From a virus (Duplodnaviria; Heunggongvirae; Uroviricota; Caudoviricetes), in the IMG/VR virus record IMGVR_UViG_2734482574_000014: a DNA stretch of 39,870 nt, one strand, 5' to 3'. Positions 8,102-18,474 of this stretch are shown here, piece by piece. How positions within the stretch are numbered: position 1 is the stretch's first letter; every line of letters starts with the position of its first letter. Under the pieces are notes generated by a model that was given only the letters and a program-made list of their open reading frames with translations, searched no databases and was not told the DNA's origin. Position numbers and translations under genes: made by a program.

Positions 8102-9174
8102 GTGATTTCTCCTACCGTCAGCAGCTCACTGTCTCCCGCCTGAACTGACGTCAGCGGACTGCGCACTTCAAAATCCTCCAGATTTTTCACCCCTGCCACC
8201 GCCCGCCAGAAAGACGACGGCAGAACCAGACCGCCGGGCCGGGATTCGTTATACAACAGGTCGGTCAGCGCCTGTTTTACGGCCGCCTGATTCTCCGGTG
8301 TTTTCGGGATGATCCTGATGCTGAAGGGCACCGGCTTATTGGTCAGTTTAAACACGGTCACCGTCGGCCCCAGAGGCTGTCCGACAGGCTGGCCGGTCGC
8401 CGGATCATCATGACTGCGGATATAATCCGCCACCCGCTGAACATCACCGTCACCGGGGAAAATATCCGGGTTATTATCCTGAACAAACGTTACCCCCACG
8501 CTGCCCGCCTGCGGCCATTCCGGGCGGCACCATGCCCGCGTCACGCCCGGCACTTCACGCGCCCAGCGTTCAAAATCATACTGCGTGCCGCCGGACGGTG
8601 GATTCTGCACCCGGAAAACCAGACGGGAAAGCAGCTCCGGCACGGTTTCCACATCCGCACCACCGGTGATCCCCGTTCCGGTCACCGTGGCCGTCTGGTT
8701 GATCCCCGCCTGCGGTGTGATAAATGTCAGTTTTGTCCCTGCCGGGGCATTCCCCGCACGACCGGCACTTTCGGCTTCCACACTGACATTCAGCGTACCG
8801 GCCTTACCGGTCAGGGAGGTGGTGATACGGTAAACCACGCCATCACTTCGCTGGAGAAGCACACCTTCCTTGATCCCCGCATCCGTGGTCAGCATCAGCT
8901 GAACCGGCCCGTCCCCCCGAGAGGCAGGCTTACGCATGACGCCCCAGAATGCACAGTGTTTCAGCAGTTCGGCTTCATCGGCTTCGGTCGGGATGATCTG
9001 ACGCGCAATCCAGGCCAGATGCTCATGCTCCTGAGCAGATAACCCTGCCTGAGCGTAAGCAATGGCATTCAGGGTGGTTTCATTCACACCCGGCTGCGAG
9101 CCGGGCAGGCGCTGGCTGATATCCTGCTGTGTCTGCGTGATTAACTGTGCCAGCGGTAAAGGCTGATAAGGCAT
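8092..9174 (-). CDS. baseplate J-like protein (Mu gp47-like)
   Basis: Size (~360 aa) and position in baseplate cluster. Confidence 0.65.
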   Translation of the reverse strand: MPYQPLPLAQLITQTQQDISQRLPGSQPGVNETTLNAIAYAQAGLSAQEHEHLAWIARQIIPTEADEAELLKHCAFWGVMRKPASRGDGPVQLMLTTDAGIKEGVLLQRSDGVVYRITTSLTGKAGTLNVSVEAESAGRAGNAPAGTKLTFITPQAGINQTATVTGTGITGGADVETVPELLSRLVFRVQNPPSGGTQYDFERWAREVPGVTRAWCRPEWPQAGSVGVTFVQDNNPDIFPGDGDVQRVADYIRSHDDPATGQPVGQPLGPTVTVFKLTNKPVPFSIRIIPKTPENQAAVKQALTDLLYNESRPGGLVLPSSFWRAVAGVKNLEDFEVRSPLTSVQAGDSELLTVGEITWL

Positions 9175-9611
9175 TACTCCCCCTTAAGATCAGCATAAAA
9201 AATCATGGGCCTCACTGAACCATCAGGCAGGGTTATGCGCACCGAAAGCGCCAGCCGCGCGTGTCCCACACGTTCTGCATGACAGACCACGGATGACGCC
9301 ACGCCATCCTGACTGAGCCAGCCCAGCGCCTCATCCGCGTAAGCACGGGCACGGCTTATCACCGAGGCCAGCGTTTTTTCCCGGCTGAGAAGCCACAGAC
9401 GGGAGCCAATGGGGCGCGGGCGAAAACTGTCTCCCCACCATCCCCGGCGGTCGCGCGTACCGTCAGGGATTTCATCCGATGCCAGCGCCCGGCGGTCAGT
9501 AAACAGCGAAATCAGAACGGCCGTCAGCAGACTGTCATCCGTCAGCAAGTCGGCACCGTTCAGTTGCAGCGAACCGCACCCCTGATCCCATACAATTGCA
9601 ATATCAGCCAT
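9174..9611 (-). CDS. baseplate protein (Mu gp46-like); start moved to internal MADIAIVWDQ
   Basis: Track ORF 9174..9755 overlaps upstream gene; internal Met at 9611 gives typical ~146-aa protein with ATGA-type overlap. Confidence 0.6.
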   Translation of the reverse strand: MADIAIVWDQGCGSLQLNGADLLTDDSLLTAVLISLFTDRRALASDEIPDGTRDRRGWWGDSFRPRPIGSRLWLLSREKTLASVISRARAYADEALGWLSQDGVASSVVCHAERVGHARLALSVRITLPDGSVRPMIFYADLKGE

Positions 9612-10218
9612 TCTCCGGCGCTCCTGTCTTACTGCCTTTGCCGTTATCCTGATGCACATGGCCGGAATAGGTGATCCCGGCAATAACGGCATCAGACATC
9701 GTGAACAGCCCGTCTGATTTACCTGTACCATCAAGCACGAAATTACCCTTAACATGCAGGTTTTTATCCACCGTCACATTGCCCGTAAAGGTGGCCTCCG
9801 GCGTATCCACCCGCATCCCCTCATCGGCGTAAATCTCCAGCATTTTGCATGTCACAATAATGCGACCATCCTTTGTTAACCGTATCCGGTGCCCCTCATG
9901 GTGATACACCCCCGTATCTCCGGCTGTGAGTCCGGTCGGGCGGCTGCGCCGGTCTTCCACCACAAGCACCACAGTCTGATCCCGCTGTCCGCCCAGACAG
10001 GCAAAAAAGGTTTCCGCACCCGGCAGGGGAACGCTGATCTGCCCGTACTGCTGGGGACGCTCCACATCATCAAAGGTTTCGCCGTCCATGCCGGTGAGCT
10101 GCACATTCTGCATTTTCAGTTCGTCATGTGTGCCGGTCAGAACGCCCCGGCCAAACAACAGGCGAATACCGCGCGTTACCGGGGCAATCAGGCGGCTGAA
10201 CACTTCATCATTCATCAA
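9604..10218 (-). CDS. baseplate assembly protein V / spike-like (Mu gp45-like)
   Basis: ~200 aa, position after P-like gene. Confidence 0.6.
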   Translation of the reverse strand: MMNDEVFSRLIAPVTRGIRLLFGRGVLTGTHDELKMQNVQLTGMDGETFDDVERPQQYGQISVPLPGAETFFACLGGQRDQTVVLVVEDRRSRPTGLTAGDTGVYHHEGHRIRLTKDGRIIVTCKMLEIYADEGMRVDTPEATFTGNVTVDKNLHVKGNFVLDGTGKSDGLFTMSDAVIAGITYSGHVHQDNGKGSKTGAPENG

Positions 10219-11332
10219 AGCTGATCCCCTGTTTTTTCATCTGCTGGCGAATAAAGGCATCAACATCGTCACCGGAACCACCCCGGCCCTTACTGTCCGG
10301 CTCTGCCGGAACGATAAAGCCGTCACGCGGTGCCAGTACCAGCCGGGTGACTTCCCCGTTATGTTCATCAAGTAAAAACTCCACCTGACAGACCAGCAGT
10401 TCAGTCTGTTCTATACCGAAACGCAGGGCTGAAACACCGGTCAGCAGATTGACATCCCATAACCGGCCATCATCCCGGAACCAGCCACGCACGGTGGCAG
10501 AAAACCGTTCTGAACGGGCAATCGCACGGCGCATTTCACGCAGGGCACGCTGCCGTGCACCGGTGGTGTCTGTCTGTTGATCGGCGAGGATGATTTTCGA
10601 CCGGTAGCGGCCGATCTGCTCATCACTGATGACGCCCACAGGTGCTGCCAGACGGGCGGCGGATTCGCTGTCTCCCCGTTTGCCACCACCGCGCCCGTGT
10701 CCCCGGACACGGTATTCGCTGTATCGTCCTCGCCAGTCCGTGTTGTAATCGGCATCAAGCAGGTTATCTCCCAGCACCAGTCTGTCCGTCTGCTGGCTTC
10801 CTGCCTGGGTGAACACCAGATCGCCGTCAGCATTACTGGTCACCAGCACCCCGCGATGCCGGGCAGCACGGGTCAGCGCATCCGCCACGGTTTCTGAGTT
10901 TTCCAGCGTAAAAGAGCTGAAGGGGCGTGCAGCCGTGTCGTCGTTAACCTGCCAGCGCACGGCTATCCCGAAGGGCGCACATAAATCTGCGGCAATCTGT
11001 GCCAGCGTCCGGTTGCGCCACTGGCTGCCGGGATGGATGGCGGCACAGTCCACCAGGTCGCCGGTTTTATCCCGACCGCTGATGCTGATCTGATGACGGG
11101 TTGCACTGATCCGCTGACTGACCTGATCCAGCCAGCCACTGATGACCGTCTGCCCGTTAATTCTGAGCGTCAGGGACTGACCGGTTCGCAGGGCTGAGGG
11201 GATGCGCTCACCGGGCAGCATCAGCCCCAGTTCAAACGACCCGGCCAGATGCTCCAGCGAGCGACGGACGCTGACCGTCAGCCAGCCGGAAAAAATACTG
11301 CCACCGATATACAGTTCAATCCTGCTGCTCAC
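10208..11332 (-). CDS. tail protein P-like (baseplate hub, Mu gp44-like)
   Basis: ~374 aa, immediately after N-like gene. Confidence 0.6.
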   Translation of the reverse strand: MSSRIELYIGGSIFSGWLTVSVRRSLEHLAGSFELGLMLPGERIPSALRTGQSLTLRINGQTVISGWLDQVSQRISATRHQISISGRDKTGDLVDCAAIHPGSQWRNRTLAQIAADLCAPFGIAVRWQVNDDTAARPFSSFTLENSETVADALTRAARHRGVLVTSNADGDLVFTQAGSQQTDRLVLGDNLLDADYNTDWRGRYSEYRVRGHGRGGGKRGDSESAARLAAPVGVISDEQIGRYRSKIILADQQTDTTGARQRALREMRRAIARSERFSATVRGWFRDDGRLWDVNLLTGVSALRFGIEQTELLVCQVEFLLDEHNGEVTRLVLAPRDGFIVPAEPDSKGRGGSGDDVDAFIRQQMKKQGISFDE

Positions 11333-12674
11333 TGATCACCTCCACGCTGCGGCCACCCGGAACAAAAACCGGATCGGGGATATTGTTTCTGCGGACAAAA
11401 TACTGCCAGCGACTGCTGTTGCCGGTGGCACGGTACAGCGTGACCAGTGCCGGTTCGGTGGTGCGAACCATGACCTGAAAAGCACCGGGAAGATGCACGC
11501 TCCGTGTGGTTAAATCTTCTGTCAGCGCAAGCCCTGCATCACGTAATGCAAGGGCAGTCCCGGTATAGCCCTGTGCGGACAGATCCAGCACCTGTTGTTC
11601 CATGGCATCGCTCAAATCCCGGTTGATACGCTGCACATCAGCAGAACTTTCCAGCCAGGCCAGTCCGCCCGAACGGTCAGTATCCTGAACGTGCGTCGTA
11701 TTCTGCCGGATGACCTGATCCAGCAGTTTTCCGAGCGTCTGTGCCTGCGACACCAGGGTTGCACTCTGCATCACGCTCCGCAGCAGACGGATATTTTTCT
11801 GTGCCGCAGGCGTCAGGCCAATCAGGCGCTGTGGATCATCCTGTTCGCTGAGGGTGTAACGCAGGGAGGAAAGTGTGCGGTACAGCTGCGGCATGGCCTG
11901 CTCTGCCATGCTGTCACGGTTTGTGGTCAGGCTGCCGGACGGCGTTCCGGCTTTTCCGGTCAGAGACAGGGAAGGATCGCCGGGCAGCCCGGTCAGCACG
12001 GCAAACATTCCGGCCAGCGATTCAGCCATGCGACGGGGCGCATTAATCAGGGCGGCGGCATTGCCTTTCAGGGCAGTAAAACTGGCCGTAAAGGCACTGA
12101 TATCCTGCACAATCCCCATCCCCGAAACGGCATTCTCCAGTGCATCAATCTTATCGCTGATGGTGTCGGTCATGGCCTGTACATCATGCAGACCGTCTGA
12201 AATCACCGTCCAGCCGTCTGAAAGCGTGTTAAACAGCTGATTCATTGCTGAGCCGCTTTTCTGCTCCAGCGCAGCTGCCGTATCTTCTGCCACCGCAGGG
12301 GCGGTATCGTCACTGGCGGGGATCACGTTGATCGTGAACTCAACCGTTCCCTGCTCGCTGGCGTTATAACGGCTTTCAAAGCTGTTTATCAGCACGTTTA
12401 ACGTGCCGTAATCCGGGTGCATCAGTTCACCGGCACCGGGTGCACGCAGCGCATCACGCAGGCGGCTTCGCTGTGTCTGAAGATCGTCTCCGGTCACCAG
12501 AACCGTGAATGTGAACTCCGGGAGTTTTGGCCCCAGATCATCCGCACCGCCGCTTTCACGCAGTGGGTATTCACGGCGCACAATGTTACGTCCGCCCCGT
12601 TCCCGCTGCTCCTGATAAACCAGGAACGGTACGCCACGAAAGGAGCCACGCCCCGGCGTGTCAGTAGAGGCCAT
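11316..12674 (-). CDS. DNA circularization protein N-like (Mu gp43-like)
   Basis: ~452 aa, immediately downstream of tape measure gene. Confidence 0.6.
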   Translation of the reverse strand: MASTDTPGRGSFRGVPFLVYQEQRERGGRNIVRREYPLRESGGADDLGPKLPEFTFTVLVTGDDLQTQRSRLRDALRAPGAGELMHPDYGTLNVLINSFESRYNASEQGTVEFTINVIPASDDTAPAVAEDTAAALEQKSGSAMNQLFNTLSDGWTVISDGLHDVQAMTDTISDKIDALENAVSGMGIVQDISAFTASFTALKGNAAALINAPRRMAESLAGMFAVLTGLPGDPSLSLTGKAGTPSGSLTTNRDSMAEQAMPQLYRTLSSLRYTLSEQDDPQRLIGLTPAAQKNIRLLRSVMQSATLVSQAQTLGKLLDQVIRQNTTHVQDTDRSGGLAWLESSADVQRINRDLSDAMEQQVLDLSAQGYTGTALALRDAGLALTEDLTTRSVHLPGAFQVMVRTTEPALVTLYRATGNSSRWQYFVRRNNIPDPVFVPGGRSVEVISEQQD

Positions 12675-14718
12675 AGTTCCCTCCGTTCCAGACGTTCACA
12701 TCCAGGCCATGCTGTGCGGTATCATCCACATCAATACTGCGCGCCCGCCAGCCTTCAGGGGCAACAAGCTCCACCCGTGCGGCGGTTTTCGCGGTGGCCT
12801 GTCCGCCGTTTTCGTCACTGCCGCCACGCAGTTTCTGCCAGGCCTGCGTCAGCCAGCCCCCCAGATAATCACCGAGATAGCTGCCCACCGTGGAACCAAT
12901 GGCAACCCCGACCGGACCGGCAGCCGCCCCCAGCGCGCCACCGGCGATACTTCCGGCAAGGGAACCCACGGCACCGGCTTTATCGGCTGCACTGGCGCTG
13001 CTGTCCAGCAGTACAGGAGCCGCCATGGCACCGGCCCACAGGGCACCACCACCCAGCCGACCGGCACCACGGAACAGCCCGGCAAAACGCCCCAGCCCCA
13101 TGCGGTTTCCGGCCGCCGTTAGCAGACCACCGGCACGGCTCATCATACGACCGAAGAAGCCCTGTTTACCGGCACTCTCCGCCAGTTGCTCACCGGCAGT
13201 CACGACGGTCGTGACACCCCGTCCACGTCCGGGGCCGCGTTTTTTACGGCCGCGCACGGTTTTGCCGTCACCGCTGACCACCACATCCCCGCCACCTGAG
13301 GCCAGGCCACCCGCAGGCCAATTGGTGACCAGCACGGGCTGAACGGCAGCCGGATTTACCCCGGTAAGGAAATTCAGGAACCGGCCAGCGCGTCCGGGCT
13401 GCGTTCCCGGTACAGTGGTCTGCGGTTTGCGGAAGGGCGACGTCAGCACGGAGGTCATCGCCATGCCATAGCGTAAGGGGGTTGCGCCGAGACGTAATGC
13501 CCCCGTCCCCGCAAACCTGAGCACCTTCAGCGCACGGGAGGCGAGATACATATACATCAGGTACTTTGCGGCGGTCTGCGCACCCTGACCAATGCGATCC
13601 AGCGCATCGCCATAACCGGCGTCGCGCAGTGCCTGAAGCGTTTCCCTGACTTTCTGAATGACCCGGTAAAAGCCGGTCGCAGCGTCTCTGGCATACTCAA
13701 ATCCCTGATTCAGGGCTGAGGCCGTCTGTGTGGCCAGCTTATCCTGTAAGCCGCTTTTCTGTGCCGCATCAGCATAATCCAGAAAGCCTTTCAGGCTCTT
13801 TTTCAGGCTGTCAAACGGTCCCTTTGCCATCACCTCGCGGGCAAATCCGTCCCAGACATCGCCCATCATGGACGTCATTCCCGTCCAGGAATTCATGGCG
13901 TTTTTCTGGGCACCTTTTGCCTGTTCGGCCATCACCTGAAATAACAGGCGAATGCTGTCCGGTCCCAGTTTTCCTTTCTCGCCTTTCTCACGGATGATCT
14001 TCTGGTTTACACCCAGCTTATCGGCCAGCAACTGGTAAACGTTAATCCCGTATCCGGTCAGAATATTGGCGTCCGCTGCCTGGATACTCTGGCGGGCAAA
14101 CATCTGTTTGAGTTGCAGGGACGCACCCTGTGCATCTGACAGTGACCAGCCGTGATAGCCGCCCTGATCCTGAAGCATGGTAATAAAGCGACGGGCTTCC
14201 CTGTCACTCATACCGAACCCGCGACTGGAGGCGTATTCCTGCATAACCCCCGCCAGCCCCCAGGTGGTGTCTTTGGCGTTCTGTACCGCCCAGGCTTTCA
14301 CTGCTTCCGTTTTTGCCGTATCGCCATGATTAATGGCGTTGAGACGCAGAATATAGTTCTCCATCTCTGCGGCCGGGCGGATAAAGGCTTTATTAAACCC
14401 GTAGACCGCAGCCCCTCCCGCCAGCATCCCGTAAAGGTTGCTTATCCGCCCGATGGTGCCGGTAATGCTGCCCTGAAGGCGGTCAAAATCTGACGTCACC
14501 GTGCGGATACTGCCACGAACACCGGCAAGCGTTCGCTGCATACGGGAGCCGACAAGTTCTGTCTCCTGACCGGCACGACGTGCTGCATTTCCAAGACCAC
14601 CCAGCCCCGTCCTGCCGGAACGGGAGAATGCCCCCAGCTCCTGTGACCACTGGCGGGATTTGGCAGAAATATTGCCGAGTAAATCGACAATCAGGGAGGC
14701 TTTCAGGTTTTTTGCCAT
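12661..14718 (-). CDS. tail tape measure protein
   Basis: 685 aa, Gly/Ala-rich with helical N-terminal half; located after tail assembly chaperone and tube/sheath genes. Confidence 0.8.
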   Translation of the reverse strand: MAKNLKASLIVDLLGNISAKSRQWSQELGAFSRSGRTGLGGLGNAARRAGQETELVGSRMQRTLAGVRGSIRTVTSDFDRLQGSITGTIGRISNLYGMLAGGAAVYGFNKAFIRPAAEMENYILRLNAINHGDTAKTEAVKAWAVQNAKDTTWGLAGVMQEYASSRGFGMSDREARRFITMLQDQGGYHGWSLSDAQGASLQLKQMFARQSIQAADANILTGYGINVYQLLADKLGVNQKIIREKGEKGKLGPDSIRLLFQVMAEQAKGAQKNAMNSWTGMTSMMGDVWDGFAREVMAKGPFDSLKKSLKGFLDYADAAQKSGLQDKLATQTASALNQGFEYARDAATGFYRVIQKVRETLQALRDAGYGDALDRIGQGAQTAAKYLMYMYLASRALKVLRFAGTGALRLGATPLRYGMAMTSVLTSPFRKPQTTVPGTQPGRAGRFLNFLTGVNPAAVQPVLVTNWPAGGLASGGGDVVVSGDGKTVRGRKKRGPGRGRGVTTVVTAGEQLAESAGKQGFFGRMMSRAGGLLTAAGNRMGLGRFAGLFRGAGRLGGGALWAGAMAAPVLLDSSASAADKAGAVGSLAGSIAGGALGAAAGPVGVAIGSTVGSYLGDYLGGWLTQAWQKLRGGSDENGGQATAKTAARVELVAPEGWRARSIDVDDTAQHGLDVNVWNGGNYGLY

Positions 14719-14721
14719 GGG

Positions 14722-14916
14722 TTACTGCTTCGTTCTGAGAATTTTTTCGGTCTGTCGGCAGTGCCGGTAAAGCTGCGATAAGGGGAGGTTAAGCGCCCAC
14801 TCCGGGCCGCTTTTTGTCACCATCCCCAGCACAATTGCGGCTTCTTCAATCTGATCCCGGCACTGCATCTGGTCGCCCCCGTTCAGCGACCAGCTTTCCG
14901 GCCATCGCGGAATCAA
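14722..14916 (-). CDS. ORF overlapping 3' end of tail chaperone gene in +1 frame; candidate frameshift extension or small independent gene (internal ATG at 14868 after GGGGG)
   Basis: Open frame ends 3 nt before tape measure ATG; overlaps 14846-14916 with upstream gene. Confidence 0.35.
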   Translation of the reverse strand: MIPRWPESWSLNGGDQMQCRDQIEEAAIVLGMVTKSGPEWALNLPLSQLYRHCRQTEKILRTKQ

Positions 14917-15322
14917 GCAGGCTTACTGCCGCCATCAGTCGGGAGAGATCGCGCTCGCTGAGCTGTCCTATCTGACGCGGAGACAATGGCCCCTCAATCT
15001 GGCCGACAGCGGCAATCTGACGGCGCAGCAGCGCAATGCCGCGCAGTGCCGGTGAGGCCACAAGAACCGGACCGTTTCGGGTTTCCATAAGACGCTCGGC
15101 CTCGCTCTCCGCATCAATGCTGTCTTTTGCCGTCAGTTCGCGGAAGGTGACGCGGTATTCACGGGATTCCCCGAACGGCAGACCGTCGAGCAGATCCACA
15201 TAGCCGTTCGCCAGTTGTTCAGCCAGCCCGGCGGTGCGGGGATCGCCGTCTTCAAGTGCATCCCGGATAGCCTCCATCACGGCCTCGTCAGAAACCGCCG
15301 TTTTTTTCTTACGTGTGCTCAT
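14846..15322 (-). CDS. tail assembly chaperone (Mu gp41-like)
   Basis: Position between tube and tape measure genes; ~158 aa acidic protein. Confidence 0.55.
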   Translation of the reverse strand: MSTRKKKTAVSDEAVMEAIRDALEDGDPRTAGLAEQLANGYVDLLDGLPFGESREYRVTFRELTAKDSIDAESEAERLMETRNGPVLVASPALRGIALLRRQIAAVGQIEGPLSPRQIGQLSERDLSRLMAAVSLLDSAMAGKLVAERGRPDAVPGSD

Positions 15323-15336
15323 TACATTTTTCCTGA

Positions 15337-15702
15337 TTACTGGACACGGGTACTGGTGGCGCTGGCGAACTTCGCGGAGATATCACCACCACCGTCAAGC
15401 GAGGCCGGTTCACTGCTCCAGGCCTTCGTCATCATGTGGACTTCACCGGTATCGGCCACGAACTCAATCGTGACCGCAGTCCAGGTGTTGATTTCATCGG
15501 CAGCCGGTGAACCTTCTCCGCCCGCCGGGAATTTACAGTCCAGCGTCGCCTCACGGGGTTTCTCGCGATAGCCGTAAACTTTCGCGCCTTTCACCACTTC
15601 ACGCTCAAAGCCGGACGGGGAGAACGTGGCCCCCTCAAGGGTGTCGTACTCCTGCCCGTTCACACGGATGGTGGCCGTGCCCTGATACTGTTTTCCGCTC
15701 AT
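15337..15702 (-). CDS. tail tube protein (Mu M-like)
   Basis: ~121 aa directly downstream of sheath gene. Confidence 0.7.
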   Translation of the reverse strand: MSGKQYQGTATIRVNGQEYDTLEGATFSPSGFEREVVKGAKVYGYREKPREATLDCKFPAGGEGSPAADEINTWTAVTIEFVADTGEVHMMTKAWSSEPASLDGGGDISAKFASATSTRVQ

Positions 15703-15710
15703 GCCTTACC

Positions 15711-17213
15711 TCACAAAATGAAACGGATCTGCGCGGCCATGAAGCGGAACTGGTTAACCAGATCCGGTGTACACATCACATCCAGACGGTTACGGTCTTT
15801 TGTGTTGCGCTCCACGAGCAGATTCTTTTTAAAGGTGTCCAGATTTTCGACCAGTCCCAGATCCACCCATTCTTCCCCCAGCGAAATTAACTGAAGTTTC
15901 ATGATCTCCGGTGTCACGATATTCTGACCGGCACGAACGGGCGTCCCGTCATCAGCCAGTTTATGGCGCGGAAAACGCTGCGTGATAAAGGTGCGCAGGG
16001 AATAACGCAGATATGACAGGGTGTAGATGGTTTCCACATCCAGATAGCTGGGATCGATTTCGCCGTATGCATTCTGACGGTACATCGTCACCTGACGTTC
16101 AATCTGCACCACATCCGCGGCCGCGACGGTCACCGTGGACATGCCGGTATAAAGCAGGCTGTTTCGCTCTTCCCGCGTCAGACGATCCGGTGCTTCAGGT
16201 GCCATACGGGCAGGCAGCGCCAGTGTCTGTAATGGTCGGGCCGGATCCGTTGACAGGGAGGGCGCACAGACCGCACAAATGGAGGCAGCCCAGACATAAT
16301 CCGGCTCTGGTGCTTTAGGAATAGAAGTGCAGGTAAACAGGAAGTCATTACGGGATTCACCAAAACTGGTTGCCGTACCGAAGGTGCCGGTATGCGCCAT
16401 CCAGACCATACCGTCCGACATTTTTACCGGTCCCCAGCGTTTCAGCAGTTCATCCGCCAGAATTTTGAGATTTGCCGCATCCTTATAGGGCATGACGATG
16501 TAGTTGTACTGACGATTCCCCATCCCTGAGACGCTACGGGTGATATCGGGGTTTGTTGCCTTCTGTGTTGGCGCGACGAGCTCCAGCGTAAGACCGGCCG
16601 GTGTAGTTTCACCGTCATAATAGTTCACCCGTAAATCATGAGCTGAGCATTCACCGATAAAGCGGGCGTTAACCCCCATGCTGCCTTTAAGTCCTTCAGC
16701 ATTATCACCACTGACTTCAGCTGCGATAGCAGTGAATGGCGCATCAGTGTCAGCGTTAATGACCTTAGCCAGCTCTTCCACAAGCTCTTTACCTTTTTTC
16801 CCCTTACTGACGGGCAGGAGGTAACGGCGACCGCCGATGTAAACACTTAACACCCCGTCTGCCAATGCTGTTCCAATGATATTCATCACGCATGCCCTGG
16901 ACTGACCTGTTCCAGCCCCCTGTGCAATGGCATATAACTCTGTGTCAGGGTTAATGGCGATAAATTCCTCTACCATCAGTGCAATCATGGAACCTCGCCC
17001 CCAGAGTTCTCTTGCTTGTGAAGCTCGGGTAATACGTACTGGTACATCAAGCTGACCGCGCCCCTGAATGGTAGTGTCTTTCATTGCAGCCTGACCAAAC
17101 AACAGTACCGCCTGACGCTGTGGTGGAGTGCCGGTCACGGCCATTGAATTATTGATTTCAATCTGTACCAGCGGAATGCGATTGTTATCGCCGATATAAT
17201 CAAAGTTAATCAT
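15711..17213 (-). CDS. contractile tail sheath protein (Mu L-like)
   Basis: 500 aa; position and size. Confidence 0.8.
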   Translation of the reverse strand: MINFDYIGDNNRIPLVQIEINNSMAVTGTPPQRQAVLLFGQAAMKDTTIQGRGQLDVPVRITRASQARELWGRGSMIALMVEEFIAINPDTELYAIAQGAGTGQSRACVMNIIGTALADGVLSVYIGGRRYLLPVSKGKKGKELVEELAKVINADTDAPFTAIAAEVSGDNAEGLKGSMGVNARFIGECSAHDLRVNYYDGETTPAGLTLELVAPTQKATNPDITRSVSGMGNRQYNYIVMPYKDAANLKILADELLKRWGPVKMSDGMVWMAHTGTFGTATSFGESRNDFLFTCTSIPKAPEPDYVWAASICAVCAPSLSTDPARPLQTLALPARMAPEAPDRLTREERNSLLYTGMSTVTVAAADVVQIERQVTMYRQNAYGEIDPSYLDVETIYTLSYLRYSLRTFITQRFPRHKLADDGTPVRAGQNIVTPEIMKLQLISLGEEWVDLGLVENLDTFKKNLLVERNTKDRNRLDVMCTPDLVNQFRFMAAQIRFIL

Positions 17214-17491
17214 CAGGACGTCCCCTTATCTGATGCTGCGGTTTTTTCAGCCACCGCCGCAGTTTTTTCTGCTACCGCTCCCGCTGGTTTTGCCGCCGCG
17301 CCGGTATTAGCAGTTGTGGCAGCCGGGGCAGGCTCCGCCGTTTTATCCACCACAATGACGTCGCCATCATTAAGACGGCGGCACCAGAACGGAGTGAAGG
17401 GTTTCTCTTCCCCGTCCTGAGAGAGCGGAGTCATCGTGTCGGGATCGCGGATCAGGCATCCCGGCGCAGGTTTAATAAAAATGGTTGTCAT
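17213..17491 (-). CDS. small head-tail region protein (Mu gp38-like) with Ala-rich repeat tail
   Basis: Position; repeated AEKTAAVAEKTAA. Confidence 0.45.
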   Translation of the reverse strand: MTTIFIKPAPGCLIRDPDTMTPLSQDGEEKPFTPFWCRRLNDGDVIVVDKTAEPAPAATTANTGAAAKPAGAVAEKTAAVAEKTAASDKGTS

Positions 17492-17494
17492 CTG

Positions 17495-18058
17495 TTATTC
17501 CTCTGACAGTCCGGCGTTTTCACCGGCGGCAGTTGCACCAGGCAGACGGATGTGTGCCTTAAATTCCGGCGTGCCTTCCGGTTCGGTAAAGGTTTCGTAA
17601 TGGCGCAGGAAATCATCCAGCGAGCTGATATCCGTCAGCGGGTCGATCATTTCCTCGCATGAGAAATACAGGGCGTACATCACGGCACCGCTGCCTGCCT
17701 GCGTTTCGGTGTAACCGTTGACCGCCTTTTCAAAGTAAAGCGGTGAGGTTTTTTCTGCTCTGAAGCCGTCCAGCACGGTAATCAGGCGGGCCACAATCTG
17801 ATAAAGCCCGGGACGGCTGACCTCACGGCCATTGAGCATGTCGCCGATGACGTAGAACACCCAGTGACTGACCAGACGCCCACGGGTACGCCCTTCACCG
17901 GCACCCAGCCAGGCAACATAGATAGCCGGGGCGTTAATCAGCATGGTGCGCAGTACGCTGTCGCTCCAGTCGCCGGGATGTGTGTCAACAGACACCAGTT
18001 CATTCCCGAAATACTCACGGATACGGGCGATGTACGCCTGCTCGGTTTCCGTAATCAT
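17495..18058 (-). CDS. Mu gp37-like protein
   Basis: Position and size (~187 aa). Confidence 0.5.
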   Translation of the reverse strand: MITETEQAYIARIREYFGNELVSVDTHPGDWSDSVLRTMLINAPAIYVAWLGAGEGRTRGRLVSHWVFYVIGDMLNGREVSRPGLYQIVARLITVLDGFRAEKTSPLYFEKAVNGYTETQAGSGAVMYALYFSCEEMIDPLTDISSLDDFLRHYETFTEPEGTPEFKAHIRLPGATAAGENAGLSEE

Positions 18059-18474
18059 ATAAAGCCCTTCTGGTTGCGCCCGAACACCGCCGCATCAGAC
18101 TGCACCTGCGGTAAATCCCCGGATTCAGGGGCCGCACCGTCTGTATCCACGCCGACCGGCACGTTACCGTTCATGACATCTTTCAGCCAGGCCAGCGCCT
18201 CACGGTAACGGTCACGCGCCTGATCGGATGCCCGCTGATCGCACAGGTAATAAAAGGCAATCGTGCAGCAATGCTGAACAAGGACCGCCGGAACCACCGC
18301 CAGCGGCAGCGTGTAACGGGAAGACAGATAGCTGTCGATAAGGGCAGACGCGTCCGTCAGTGCCCGGTTCAGCTTGCGCGTGTCCGGTTCATCCGAACGG
18401 GGCACGGCCAGTAATGGCCTGAGCAAATCCTCGCGGTAACGTGCCCGCATATCGGTTTCGGTGGCGTAATTCAT
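18055..18474 (-). CDS. Mu gp36-like (DUF1320-type) head-tail joining protein
   Basis: Motif ...DSYLSSRYTLPLAVVPAVLVQHCCTIAFYYLCDQRA... typical of this family (from memory). Confidence 0.6.
   Translation of the reverse strand: MNYATETDMRARYREDLLRPLLAVPRSDEPDTRKLNRALTDASALIDSYLSSRYTLPLAVVPAVLVQHCCTIAFYYLCDQRASDQARDRYREALAWLKDVMNGNVPVGVDTDGAAPESGDLPQVQSDAAVFGRNQKGFI

Noticed and set aside
9174-9755. 193-aa extended form of the gp46-like gene
   Set aside because: The extension overlaps the upstream gene by ~150 nt; an internal Met (MADIAIV...) at 9611 gives the expected size and a coupled start.
12417-13342. Large plus-strand ORFs inside the tape measure gene (12417..13214, 12658..13122, 12890..13342)
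   Set aside because: Shadow ORFs in GC-rich, Gly/Ala-rich coding DNA of a clearly supported minus-strand gene; products are low-complexity Pro/Arg/Ala-rich.
17222-17300. Short tandem DNA repeat GCGGTTTTTTCAGCCACC / GCAGTTTTTTCTGCTACC
   Set aside because: Lies within the coding sequence of the gp38-like gene and simply encodes its Ala-rich AEKTAA repeats; not a CRISPR array or regulatory repeat.
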